Shown here: in pieces, positions 40,347 through 49,236 of the stretch
Position numbering within the stretch: the stretch's first letter is position 1
How the letters are laid out: every line of letters begins with the position of its first letter
Assembly (NCBI GenBank): GCA_039915945.1
Contig: JBDSMH010000017.1
Coordinates: forward strand, 1,824 to 65,823
DNA from: Acidimicrobiales bacterium
GTDB lineage: Bacteria > Actinomycetota > Acidimicrobiia > Acidimicrobiales > WLNW01
Reading direction: 5' to 3'
Length of the DNA: 64,000 bases
Position numbers and translations under genes: made by a program
Notes under the pieces: model-generated
What the model saw: only the letters and a program-made list of their open reading frames with translations
Told to the model about the DNA's origin: nothing
The model's database searches: none

Positions 40347-40420
40347 GGGGACGTAGCTCAGCTGGCTAGAGCACCTGCTTTGCAAGCAGGGGGTCGTGGG
40401 TTCGAGTCCCATCGTCTCCA
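40347..40420 (+). tRNA. tRNA-Ala (anticodon TGC), CCA not encoded
   Basis: Acceptor GGGGACG/CGUCUCC with a G3:U70 pair, anticodon stem CCUGC/GCAGG with loop UUUGCAA, T-loop GUGGG-UUCGAGU-CCCAU. Confidence 0.92.
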
Positions 40421-40549
40421 CTCATTTTCCCGTATTTGGGGCGGCCGCAGGAGGTCTGCCTCCAGATCAACCCGGCGGTTGCGGGCTGCGCCGTGAAACG
40501 TCGCATGACACTCCGTGCCGCCCGTCGAGCGCCCCCATCGCATGCGGCT

Positions 40550-42181
40550 CTAGCCGGCAACTAGGCCTGGCTCGTATTCCAATGGCACCTCGAGGCCCAG
40601 CAGACTTAAAACGGTCGCTGCCACGTTTGCGAGGCCAGCGTCGGGGAGGTCGTGGCGCAGCTCAAGTAGCGGCCGTGCAAAGTCTTTCACGATGAACGGT
40701 ACGGGGTTCAGCGAGTGCGCGTTCCGTGGAATGACGTTCCCGTCACGATCGGTGGCAGGGTTTCCGTCGGCCGAGCGTTCGACTTTGTCTTCTGCATTGC
40801 CATGGTCGGCGGTGACGATTAGGCAGCCGGATACTTCGCGTGCTGCTTTCGCAATTCGGCCGATGGCGAGGTCGACGCTTTCGACGGCGATTCGGATGGC
40901 CTCGAAGTTCGCCGTGTGGCCGACCATGTCGGGGCCAGCGAAGTTCAGACGAATAAATTCGTACATGCCAGAGGAAATCGCGGACATAGCGGCGTCCGCT
41001 GTTTCTGCCGATTTCATCCATGGACGTTCGTCGAACGGCACCTGATCGGAAGGGATCTCAACGTAGGTTTCGGTCGCGTCGTCGAACTTGTCCGAGCGAT
41101 TCCCGTTCCAGAAATAAGTGATATGACCGAATTTCTGCGTCTCGGCGCCCGCCCACTGGCGCAGTCCGACGCGACTGATGAGTTCGCTCACGGTGTTGGC
41201 CACCGATTGCGGTTCGACAAGGTAGTGCCGGGGCGTATTGGTATCCCCGTCGTATTGCAACATGCCGAGGTAGAACACGGCGGGTACTCCGCCGCGATCG
41301 AAGTGCGTGAATTCAGGACCGCTCTCGATCGCCTGCGAGAACTCGATGGCTCGATCACCACGAAAGTTGAAGAAGATCACAGCGTCACCGTCGATGAACT
41401 TGCCGACGGGTGCGCCATCTTCGCCTACGACGGTGAACGGGGGAAGGAGTTGGTCGCTGATCCCTGGTCTAGTCGATCGACTCCACTCAATTCCCTCATC
41501 GACTGAGTGAACTGGATGGGCCGTCCCGAGGACATGGGCTCGCCAACCTGCCTCAACAATGCGCCAGTCAGCACCGTACCGATCCATCGTTGTCACCATC
41601 CGGCCACCCCCGGACGCGAAGGCAAAGTCAAGATCTGGGAACCGGGATGCGTAGGTCCGCAGGCGGTCTACGTAGAGGCCGGCCGTATGATCTGGCACGT
41701 CCCTACCGTCAAAGAGTGCATGCAACCTGACGCGCGAGATGCCGTCACTCACAGCTCTTGCGATTATCGCTTCGAGATGGTCGATGTGCGAGTGCACGTT
41801 GCCATCAGACAACAAGCCAACCAGATGCAGGGTCGAGGAAGTGCCAGCGCAGCATCGGAGAACCTCGAGCCAAGCTTTCGAAGTCCAAGTGGCGCCCGCC
41901 GCGATGGCCTCGTTGACCCGCTTCGCGCCTTGGTCGAATATGCGGCCTGCACCAAGTATGTTGTGACCGACCTCTGAGTTGCCCATGTCGGCATCGGTCG
42001 GAAGCCCGACGGCCTGACCGTGCGCGCGAAGCGTCCGATACCGACCAGACGCCTGCAGCTGCTTCAAATTTGGCGTGTGCGCGGCTGCCACCGCGTCATA
42101 CGCATCGCCACGTCCGACACCGACCCCGTCCATCACCACCAAGACAAGCGGGGTAGCAGCAGTGCGTCTGCCGGTAGTCAT
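40550..42181 (-). CDS. gpmI: 2,3-bisphosphoglycerate-independent phosphoglycerate mutase
   Basis: LVVMDGVGVG...GLPTDADMGNSEVGHNILGAGRI...TADHGNAE motifs. GC about 57-58% in hand-counted 60-nt samples, versus about 65% upstream. Confidence 0.9.
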   Translation of the reverse strand: MTTGRRTAATPLVLVVMDGVGVGRGDAYDAVAAAHTPNLKQLQASGRYRTLRAHGQAVGLPTDADMGNSEVGHNILGAGRIFDQGAKRVNEAIAAGATWTSKAWLEVLRCCAGTSSTLHLVGLLSDGNVHSHIDHLEAIIARAVSDGISRVRLHALFDGRDVPDHTAGLYVDRLRTYASRFPDLDFAFASGGGRMVTTMDRYGADWRIVEAGWRAHVLGTAHPVHSVDEGIEWSRSTRPGISDQLLPPFTVVGEDGAPVGKFIDGDAVIFFNFRGDRAIEFSQAIESGPEFTHFDRGGVPAVFYLGMLQYDGDTNTPRHYLVEPQSVANTVSELISRVGLRQWAGAETQKFGHITYFWNGNRSDKFDDATETYVEIPSDQVPFDERPWMKSAETADAAMSAISSGMYEFIRLNFAGPDMVGHTANFEAIRIAVESVDLAIGRIAKAAREVSGCLIVTADHGNAEDKVERSADGNPATDRDGNVIPRNAHSLNPVPFIVKDFARPLLELRHDLPDAGLANVAATVLSLLGLEVPLEYEPGLVAG

Positions 42182-42592
42182 GTATATGCCCAGCCCAACT
42201 CTGTTCGCGAGGGTTCGTGCTCCGGCGCGTTAGCTTACCGAGATGCGTAGCCGTGGCCGATCCCGACCAGACTGACTTCGTTGTCCGACGAGCAGCCTTC
42301 TCTCCTCAATGAGCGTCGGACCGTTGGAACGCCTGGCGCGGTTCCCAACCGAGGATGTCGCGCAATATGGACGATCCGTACGATTTTTGGCTGAGCCATC
42401 TTCACCTCAGTGGCGCGAACGCGCGCGCTTCGCGTGCCGTGTCCACATCGACACAGTGGTGCAACGAGACGCAGTCGTCGCGCTCGCTTTGAAACCGCAT
42501 CGCGCGTATTTACGCGCAGTCGCTCACGTTGGCCGCCATCGCGCTCAAGTTGCGGCAGGCTTTTGACACTGCAGAGCCTTCGCGGTACTTTC

Positions 42593-42616
42593 CTATCTGG
42601 TTAATTAACCAGATAG
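42593..42616. promoter_or_regulatory. perfect 24-bp palindrome, probable ArsR-family operator
   Basis: CTATCTGGTTAATTAACCAGATAG lies 22 nt upstream of the ArsR-like gene start, in an AT-rich patch. Confidence 0.6.
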
Positions 42617-42637
42617 CTAAGATAAGCGGGGTGGCAC

Positions 42638-43000
42638 GTGGCGGTGGTGATCTCTGAGGACCGACTGAGCGAGACGTTCGCGGCGCTGTCCAACTCGACC
42701 AGGCGAGCGATCCTGGCGCGTCTGGCGCAAGGTGAAGCGAACGTCAACGATCTTGCTGCGCCGTTCGACATGACGCTTCCCGCGATCTCGAAGCACCTCA
42801 AAGTGTTGGAGCGAGCCGGCTTGGTCGTGCGGGGCCAGCGCGCGCAGTACCGACCTTGCGCGCTCGACGCCGCGCCCCTCGAGGAGATCTCGACTTGGGC
42901 CGAGCAGTACCGGCCAATATGGGAGGCCCGCTTCGACCGAATGGACGACTACATCCGTCAACTCCAACTGCAACGAAAGACCGACGAACCCCATGACTGA
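42638..43000 (+). CDS. ArsR/SmtB family transcriptional regulator
   Basis: FAALSNSTRRAILARLAQGEANVNDLAAPFDMTLPAISKHLKVLERAGLV wHTH. Confidence 0.88.
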   Translation: MAVVISEDRLSETFAALSNSTRRAILARLAQGEANVNDLAAPFDMTLPAISKHLKVLERAGLVVRGQRAQYRPCALDAAPLEEISTWAEQYRPIWEARFDRMDDYIRQLQLQRKTDEPHD

Positions 43001-43490
43001 CAGCAACGCTTCACGCGACGCAGTAGTAATCCATCGCATCTTCGATGCGTCGGCCGATCTCGTCTGGCAGATGTGGACCGAGCCGGAGCACTTCCAGGCG
43101 TGGTACGGCCCCGATAGTGCGAGCATCGTCGTCGCACGCATGGACGTGCGCGTCGGAGGCACGCGACTTGTGAGCATGGAGATGCACACACCAAACGGCA
43201 CCATGCGCATGTGGTTCACCGGCGAATACCGCGAGGTCGTGGCGAACAAGCGCCTCGTCTACACAGAGTCGATGTCCGACGAGCACGGCAATGTCTTGTC
43301 GCCATCGGACCTCGGTATGCCTGACGGACATCCCACCGCTACCGAAGTCATCGTCGAACTCGAAAGCATCGGCGGTCGTACGAAGATGGTGCTGACGCAC
43401 GTCGGCGTGCCCGAAGACTCCCCCGGCGCCGCAGGCTGGACGATGGCGCTCGACAAGCTCTCCCGCCACGTCGAAACTCTTCGGCGCTAG
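42993..43490 (+). CDS. SRPBCC (Aha1/START-like) domain protein
   Basis: RIFDASADLVWQMWTEPEHFQAWYGP...RLVYTESM...GWTMALDKL. It has an 8-nt overlap with the ArsR gene, which is a common pairing. Confidence 0.85.
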   Translation: MTDSNASRDAVVIHRIFDASADLVWQMWTEPEHFQAWYGPDSASIVVARMDVRVGGTRLVSMEMHTPNGTMRMWFTGEYREVVANKRLVYTESMSDEHGNVLSPSDLGMPDGHPTATEVIVELESIGGRTKMVLTHVGVPEDSPGAAGWTMALDKLSRHVETLRR

Positions 43491-43529
43491 ATACGGCGCT
43501 TCGGAGTTCTTGCATCGGTTCAAAAATCA

Positions 43530-43561
43530 GAGTTGGGGCTCCCCGAAGGAAGCCCCAACTC
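43530..43561. terminator. bidirectional terminator hairpin between convergent genes
   Basis: GAGTTGGGGCT-CCCCGAAGGA-AGCCCCAACTC forms a perfect 11-bp stem between the SRPBCC (+) and amt (-) genes. Confidence 0.6.
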
Positions 43562-43596
43562 CGAATCGTTGGTACCGATAAGGAAGACGGTTGCGG

Positions 43597-45075
43597 CTAG
43601 TTGCGGCCGGCCGTCTGAGCAAACTCTGGATAGGCAACCACACCCATCTCCGGCAGGTCGAGGCCGACGAGTTCGTCCTCTTCCTTCGAGCGGATCGGCG
43701 TGATCTTGTTGGACAACTTGAACCATCCGAAGGCGATGCCGAACATCACTGTCCAGATCACTGCGACTGCGATCGCCTGCGACGCGAGCTGGCCGATGCC
43801 ATCGCCAAAGTTGTGGAAGATACCGGTGACTCCGGAAAGCTCGGCCCCTTTGCCTTCCGTCGTGAGGTTCCAGCCGGCGCCGTACTTGCCGTTGGCAAAC
43901 AGTCCGACAGCAAGAGCGCCGAAGGTACCGTTCACGCCGTGCACCGAGATGGCACCGACCGGATCGTCGATCTTCAGCTTGTTCTCGACGAAGCTGATGG
44001 AGAGCACAACCAGCACGCCGGCAATCGTACCGATGATCGCCGCCGAGATCGGGTCGACGAATGCGCACGGGGCCGTGATCGCCACGAGGCCGGCGAGCAT
44101 GCCGTTCGCCATCATTCCGGGGTCAGGCTTTCCGGTGCGCCACATCACCCATACCATCGAGCTGACTGCGCCGAATGCGGCGGCGATCGCCGTATTGGCC
44201 GCGACCAGCGCAAACCGTACGTCCGTCACCGCAAACGTGGAGGCCGCGTTGAACCCGAACCAACCGAACAGCAGGATGAAGGTACCGAGCATCGCCATCG
44301 GGATGTGGTGGCCGAGCAATGCCCGTGGCTTGCCATCCTTGAACTTCCCGATGCGAGGGCCGATCACGATTGCGCCCGCAAGAGCTGCAGCGCCACCCAT
44401 TGCGTGCACGATGCCGGAGCCGGCAAAGTCGACGTAGCCGACGCCGAGATGCGCGCTGTTGCCGAGCTGCGACAGCCAGCCGCCGCCCCACGTCCACGCA
44501 CCGAAGAGCGGGTAGTAGATCGCGCCGCAGAACAAGCCCCACAGAACGAAGTTCTTCCATTGCCACCGTTCAGCCATCGAACCGGTAGGGATCGTGGCGA
44601 CAGTGTCCATGAACGCAACCATGTAGAGGAAGTAACCAGCGAGCGCCGCGCCGCCCGGGCCATTCAGATCGGTGAGCCCGAATCCACCCTTCCATAGGAA
44701 CACCCAATGTCCTGAACCGATGAAGTTCTCACCAGGGGCGGTGTCGAGCCCAATGAGCGGCAAGGAGAACCCGCCGAACATGAAGCCGTAACCGACGATG
44801 AAGAACGCGACGAAGCCGAGCCCGAAGATGGCGAAGTTGGTCGACACGACATGCGCCGCATGCTTGGCCCGGCAAAAACCGGTCTCGACCAACGCGAAAC
44901 CGGCTTGCATGAAGATGACGAGCACCGCACCGAGCACAACCCAGAGCAGGTTGACCTGCGTACCGAGAAGTGCAACGGGATCTGCGGCGTCATCCTGCGC
45001 GAAAGCCGGAGCTGCGATCGTGAGCATCCCTGCGACAGCGATGCTACCGATCAGTACTTTTCGCTTGAGCCTCAC
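43597..45075 (-). CDS. amt: ammonium transporter with signal peptide
   Basis: GTG 45075 is preceded by GGGGAGGAGA. FMQAGFALVETG...VHGVNGTFGALAVGLFA... Amt/MEP motifs. Confidence 0.92.
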   Translation of the reverse strand: MRLKRKVLIGSIAVAGMLTIAAPAFAQDDAADPVALLGTQVNLLWVVLGAVLVIFMQAGFALVETGFCRAKHAAHVVSTNFAIFGLGFVAFFIVGYGFMFGGFSLPLIGLDTAPGENFIGSGHWVFLWKGGFGLTDLNGPGGAALAGYFLYMVAFMDTVATIPTGSMAERWQWKNFVLWGLFCGAIYYPLFGAWTWGGGWLSQLGNSAHLGVGYVDFAGSGIVHAMGGAAALAGAIVIGPRIGKFKDGKPRALLGHHIPMAMLGTFILLFGWFGFNAASTFAVTDVRFALVAANTAIAAAFGAVSSMVWVMWRTGKPDPGMMANGMLAGLVAITAPCAFVDPISAAIIGTIAGVLVVLSISFVENKLKIDDPVGAISVHGVNGTFGALAVGLFANGKYGAGWNLTTEGKGAELSGVTGIFHNFGDGIGQLASQAIAVAVIWTVMFGIAFGWFKLSNKITPIRSKEEDELVGLDLPEMGVVAYPEFAQTAGRN

Positions 45076-45450
45076 GCCGATCTCCTCCCCTGCTGTGCCA
45101 GTTCGTCGAACCCGTGCATCGGGCCTCCCTTGTGCGTTGGCCCGTACAACATGGACGGGACTCTGAATCGGGGCTGACGTTAGAAAGACGTGGTTTCTCG
45201 GCTGTTCCACCTATGTGAACAGTCCGATTCCACTTTCTTATTGGAATCTTTCGATTGCGCGTCGCCGTGGCGCAGTGGTCAGCGCACTCATGACCGACTC
45301 GTGAACCAACGTCGGGAGGCAGGCTGGGCCGACCATACTTCGTCACACCACCGTTGCAAAAAACGGCAATCGCCTCGACACGCGCCCTGCCCGCTGTCGT
45401 TAACACTCTGTTCACTGTTCCGCCATCTTGTTGGCATCTGGCGCGCTTAG

Positions 45451-48204
45451 ATGAGGTCGGTGCTCGCTCTTCTTGCTGCCGAAACTGCGACTTCGGCGCT
45501 TTCGGTACCCGACGTCCTTCTCGACCTTCTCATCGTCCTCATCGCAGCGAAAATCGGTGCTGAGCTCTCCGAGCGCGTCGGAATACCGGCCGTGGTTGGC
45601 GAAATACTGGTCGGCATCGCCATTGGACCATCGGCGCTCGATCTCGTCGGTGACGGCGACGTCATTCACTTCCTCGCCGAACTCGGTGTGATCATGCTCT
45701 TGCTCGAGGTCGGCATGGAGATGGACCTCCGGGAGCTCGCCGCAGTGGGCCGAAGCTCGATGCAGGTCGCATTAGCCGGCGTGGTACTTCCGTTTGCGGC
45801 GGGCGCAGGCGTGATGCTTTTGTTCGGCAAGAGCGGCAATACGACGTTGTTTGTCGGGGCAGCGTTGACCGCTACGAGCGTGGGCATCACGGCACGCGTA
45901 TTCGGCGATTTGCGCGCACTAACGACCGCCGAGGCTCGAACAGTGCTCGGTGCGGCCGTTGCCGACGACGTCCTCGGACTCGTGATTTTGACCGTCGTCG
46001 TTCGCATCGTCTCCGAGGGCACCGTCAGTTTCGGCACGGTCGCCAACATCGCCGGCGTGGCAGTTCTGTTTCTCTTCGGTGTTGGCGCGATCGGTGTAGT
46101 CGCCGCGCCCAAACTCTTCAACTTTGTGCAACGACTCGCTCGCGGCAATGGCACCGTGTTTGCGGTCGCAATCGCGTTCACTCTGCTGATCGCCGTACTT
46201 GCCGATGAAGCGAAGCTGGCGCCGATCGTCGGCGCTTTTGTCGCAGGTCTCGCCCTCGGTCGCACTAGTCAGGTTGACCGAGTGCGGCGCGACCTCGGTT
46301 CGGTCATCCATATCCTCGTGCCGATCTTCTTCGTGCGCATCGGCATCGACTCTGATGTCTCGGAGTTCAAGCGCCCGGCTGTGTTGGGGTTGGCGGGATG
46401 TCTCGTAGTCGTCGGCGTATTGGGAAAGATTGCGGCGGGACGCTTCGCAACTTCGAGTTCGGGCGACCGGCTGCTGATCGGCCTGGGCATGATCCCTCGC
46501 GGCGAGGTCGGGTTGATATTCGCCGGCATCGGCCTGACCGAAGGGGTGTTGACCGGGGACCTCTATGCGGCGTTGTTGGTAGTTGTGTTGGTGACCACAT
46601 TGGTGACGCCACCGGTCTTGAAAGTTCGCTACACGCGACTCAACCGCAGACAGCCGGTGGCGGCCGCCGACGCGACACCGCCAGTCGGCGGGTGGTTGCA
46701 GACCCACGATGGAGTGGTCGACTTGGCGGGCACCCCGCCGCAGGATCTCGGGCTCGTCATCGCACTCAGCGCTGCGCGCGCGATCGAAGAAGCTCAACCT
46801 GGTCCCGCGCTGCTCGAATGGCTCAACAATCTGACCGATCAAGCGTTCACTTGGGACCGTGAGACGACCGAGTCGCTTTTCACGCTACTGAGGGACGGCG
46901 GCCATCGCGCGTGGCGTTTTCTCTACACGACGGGAGCGCTCGAGCGTGCGCTGCCCGAGTTGTCCAACGCCATCACTGCGCGCCGCTCTGATCCGTACAT
47001 CGTGGACTCGGGCGGAGAGCTCCAATGGCAACTCGTCGACGCAGTGCACAGTTTCCTCGTAGCTGCGCCGGACCCGGTGACTCGCCACATTCGACATCCC
47101 GAGCGGCTCGTCCTTGCTGCGCTCGTACTCGACGTCACGGCCGCGGACAGCGCGTTGACCGTCGACATCGCGCACAAGCTCGTCCAGCGGTTGGAGCTAC
47201 CCGCGGTCGCGGCCGATGAAGTCGCACTACTCGTGGGCGACCATGGCCTGCTCCTCGCCGCCTCTCGACGCGTCGACGCGTTCTCCGAAACGTCAGTTCA
47301 GCAACTCGCCATTCGTCTACGTCATCGAGAATGCGCCGCCGCGCTCTACACACTCACGTTGGCGTATTTCGACCTCGAGCAGATCGATCGGCAGCGCTTG
47401 GTGCAGCTTTGGACGTTGCTCGACGCAACGCTGGCGACCTACGAATCAGGCATGCCGGAACTCGGCGACATTCTCGAACATCGCCGTGAGCAGGCGATTG
47501 CCGGTGTGGGCGAGAACTTACTGGCGCGCCGACGTATCAACACCGGCCCGATGGCGTGGCTGCTCTCCGCGTCCCCAGAGACATTGTCGCGTCAAGCACT
47601 TGCGATCTACCCCGCTCGACAAGATGCAGACCTGCGAGTCTTCTTCATTTCCGACGGACTCACACTGGACGTGGTGTGTGGGGATCAGCCCGGTTTGCTC
47701 GCCGCCGTGACCGCAGCGATCGAATCCTTCGGCATCGATATCACCAGCGCTGTCGCGGCGACTTGGCCGGACGCAATGGCGTTGTCGTCATTCGGCCTCG
47801 CCAATGGCACTTCGCCTTTCGATACCGATGAGCTCCGAGAGCGCATTGCTACATTCCTCGAGACGCCCGCCGAAACGCATCCGATTGTCGACGTCGTTGT
47901 GACGACCGATAACGAAGCGTCTCCGTGGTACACGGTCCTCGCCGTCGAGGCTGACGATCGGCCAGGTCTGCTTCACGCCATCACCGCTGCGATCGCCAGA
48001 GGCGGCGGGACGATCCATAGCGCTCGGGTGGCAACCACAACCGTCGGAAGAGCGCTGGATACATTCGAGTTGTCCGACGCCGCCGGCGCAAAGCTCACGG
48101 ACGACCACATCGCTGACATCGAGTCGTTCATACGGACCGGTGCGAAGCCGACAGGCCCGTCACGTCGGGGGACCTTCCTTCGCAAGGCACGCGGCGAATG
48201 GTGA
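45451..48204 (+). CDS. fusion protein: CPA2 (Kef-type) cation/proton antiporter + GlnD-like C-terminal region (degenerate HD, two ACT domains)
   Basis: aa 1-390 are Na+/H+ exchanger-family TM segments (AELSERVGIPAVVGEILVGIAIGP...). aa 470-700 align to the GlnD central/HD region without His-Asp (LAALVLDV). Two ACT domains are present (CGDQPGLLAAVTAAI and ADDRPGLLHAITAAI). Confidence 0.8.
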   Translation: MRSVLALLAAETATSALSVPDVLLDLLIVLIAAKIGAELSERVGIPAVVGEILVGIAIGPSALDLVGDGDVIHFLAELGVIMLLLEVGMEMDLRELAAVGRSSMQVALAGVVLPFAAGAGVMLLFGKSGNTTLFVGAALTATSVGITARVFGDLRALTTAEARTVLGAAVADDVLGLVILTVVVRIVSEGTVSFGTVANIAGVAVLFLFGVGAIGVVAAPKLFNFVQRLARGNGTVFAVAIAFTLLIAVLADEAKLAPIVGAFVAGLALGRTSQVDRVRRDLGSVIHILVPIFFVRIGIDSDVSEFKRPAVLGLAGCLVVVGVLGKIAAGRFATSSSGDRLLIGLGMIPRGEVGLIFAGIGLTEGVLTGDLYAALLVVVLVTTLVTPPVLKVRYTRLNRRQPVAAADATPPVGGWLQTHDGVVDLAGTPPQDLGLVIALSAARAIEEAQPGPALLEWLNNLTDQAFTWDRETTESLFTLLRDGGHRAWRFLYTTGALERALPELSNAITARRSDPYIVDSGGELQWQLVDAVHSFLVAAPDPVTRHIRHPERLVLAALVLDVTAADSALTVDIAHKLVQRLELPAVAADEVALLVGDHGLLLAASRRVDAFSETSVQQLAIRLRHRECAAALYTLTLAYFDLEQIDRQRLVQLWTLLDATLATYESGMPELGDILEHRREQAIAGVGENLLARRRINTGPMAWLLSASPETLSRQALAIYPARQDADLRVFFISDGLTLDVVCGDQPGLLAAVTAAIESFGIDITSAVAATWPDAMALSSFGLANGTSPFDTDELRERIATFLETPAETHPIVDVVVTTDNEASPWYTVLAVEADDRPGLLHAITAAIARGGGTIHSARVATTTVGRALDTFELSDAAGAKLTDDHIADIESFIRTGAKPTGPSRRGTFLRKARGEW

Positions 48205-48590
48205 GCGATCCAATGTCACGCCCAGCGCGAAGCTGCGCCCACCTGTACTGAAAATGTCAAGGTGTAACGGTTTCAATCGGCGCCGTAGGCGGTAGATGCG
48301 ATCGTAGAGTTCTGCGTCTCGGAGGCCCTCCCGGCCACAGCGCCAACTCCAAATCCTCGCGAGTCACGAGCTTCCCGTCTGCCGCGCGCAACGCATGGAC
48401 AATCACCGCTTCCGATGCTGGAAGCGTCACCGAACCGCTGCTGTTGTGGAGAACCGAATCGTCGACGAATACCGGGCGACAGAAAACGGACAGGCTCTAC
48501 AGTCGGACAACGACGTCCGCATCGTCGGCGGGAAGCCGGATCCAGTCCTCCCAGGCCTCGACCTCATGAGGCTTGGCCTTCGGGCTATCG
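48160..48590 (-). pseudogene. decayed OmpR/PhoB-type winged-helix (Trans_reg_C) regulator gene
   Basis: The minus strand reads ...WIRLPADDADVVVRL-TAG-SLSVFCRPVFVDDSVLHNSSGSVTLPASEAVIVHALRAADGKLVTREDLELALWPGG. A frameshift then leads into ELYDRIYRLRRRLKPLHLDIFSTGGRSFALG. No start codon. Confidence 0.6.
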
Positions 48591-48745
48591 CAACTGACTC
48601 CATGGCGGACTTCTACTCAGCGGGTCTTGCGCTCGGCTGATGCGGTGCCGCGAGGATATCTGTAGCGATTGGGAGCGCGTCGACGAGTACACGGAGGTAC
48701 CGGCGCTGCCGGCGCTGCCGGCGCTGCCAAGCGTGCGGTCGTCGT

Positions 48746-49021
48746 TCATTCCGCCATTGTTGCTTGATAGCGCTGCGCGACCTGTTCTGCGGTCCACACC
48801 TCTGCCCAAGGACCGTCGCGTTCCTCGACGGGTTCCTCGCCGCGCTTGAAGAGGATGAAGCCCTTCTCGATGCCTTCAACCCAGTGCGACGCCTTGTCGA
48901 AAACGGTCTGTAGCTCCCACCCGCGCTGACCGACGTACGACAGAGTGATCCCGAGGTTTCTGGCTGCGTAGACGCTGCCGATGCTCACAATTCGGTACTG
49001 CCAGCGCACGAATTCAGCCAT
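48746..49021 (-). CDS. DUF4177-like small protein
   Basis: MAEFVRWQYRIVSIG...VGQRGWELQTVF...GFILFKR resembles the DUF4177 pattern (WEYK...GWELV...FKR). Confidence 0.45.
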   Translation of the reverse strand: MAEFVRWQYRIVSIGSVYAARNLGITLSYVGQRGWELQTVFDKASHWVEGIEKGFILFKRGEEPVEERDGPWAEVWTAEQVAQRYQATMAE

Positions 49022-49236
49022 GGCCGCGACGGTAGCGGCAGATCGCAGCACACATCATGAGCTGTCCGGATCAGGCGCGAGAGTTCTACCGCGTGGAACA
49101 TCAAGACGTGCACAACACGACGTCGCAGCAAGCCCACTCGAGTCTCGACGCGGTGCACGACAAATGGACGGCGCACCACAAACGGCTACGATCGCACCGC
49201 TTCTCCCCGAGCCGAACTTGTAGTTAGGGAGGAGTA

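Noticed and set aside
40421-40549. Integrase, attachment-site repeat or prophage boundary next to tRNA-Ala.
   Set aside because: There is no integrase or recombinase-like translation in any frame nearby, and I could not find a downstream copy of the tRNA 3' end. Only the compositional shift is reported.
42309-42566. 85-aa ORF in the gpmI-ArsR spacer, and the 210-aa ORF 42617..43249 on the minus strand.
   Set aside because: Third-position GC is poor, no motifs are present and no RBS was seen. The minus ORF is antisense to the well-supported ArsR and SRPBCC genes.
45265-45320. tRNA-like fragment GCCGTGGCGCAGTGGTCAGCGCACTCATGAC in the amt upstream region (D-arm-like GCGC-AGTGGTCA-GCGC and a CAT triplet).
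   Set aside because: No anticodon stem, T-arm (no GGTTCGAAT-like loop) or acceptor pairing could be folded. At most it is a tRNA relic or a chance resemblance.
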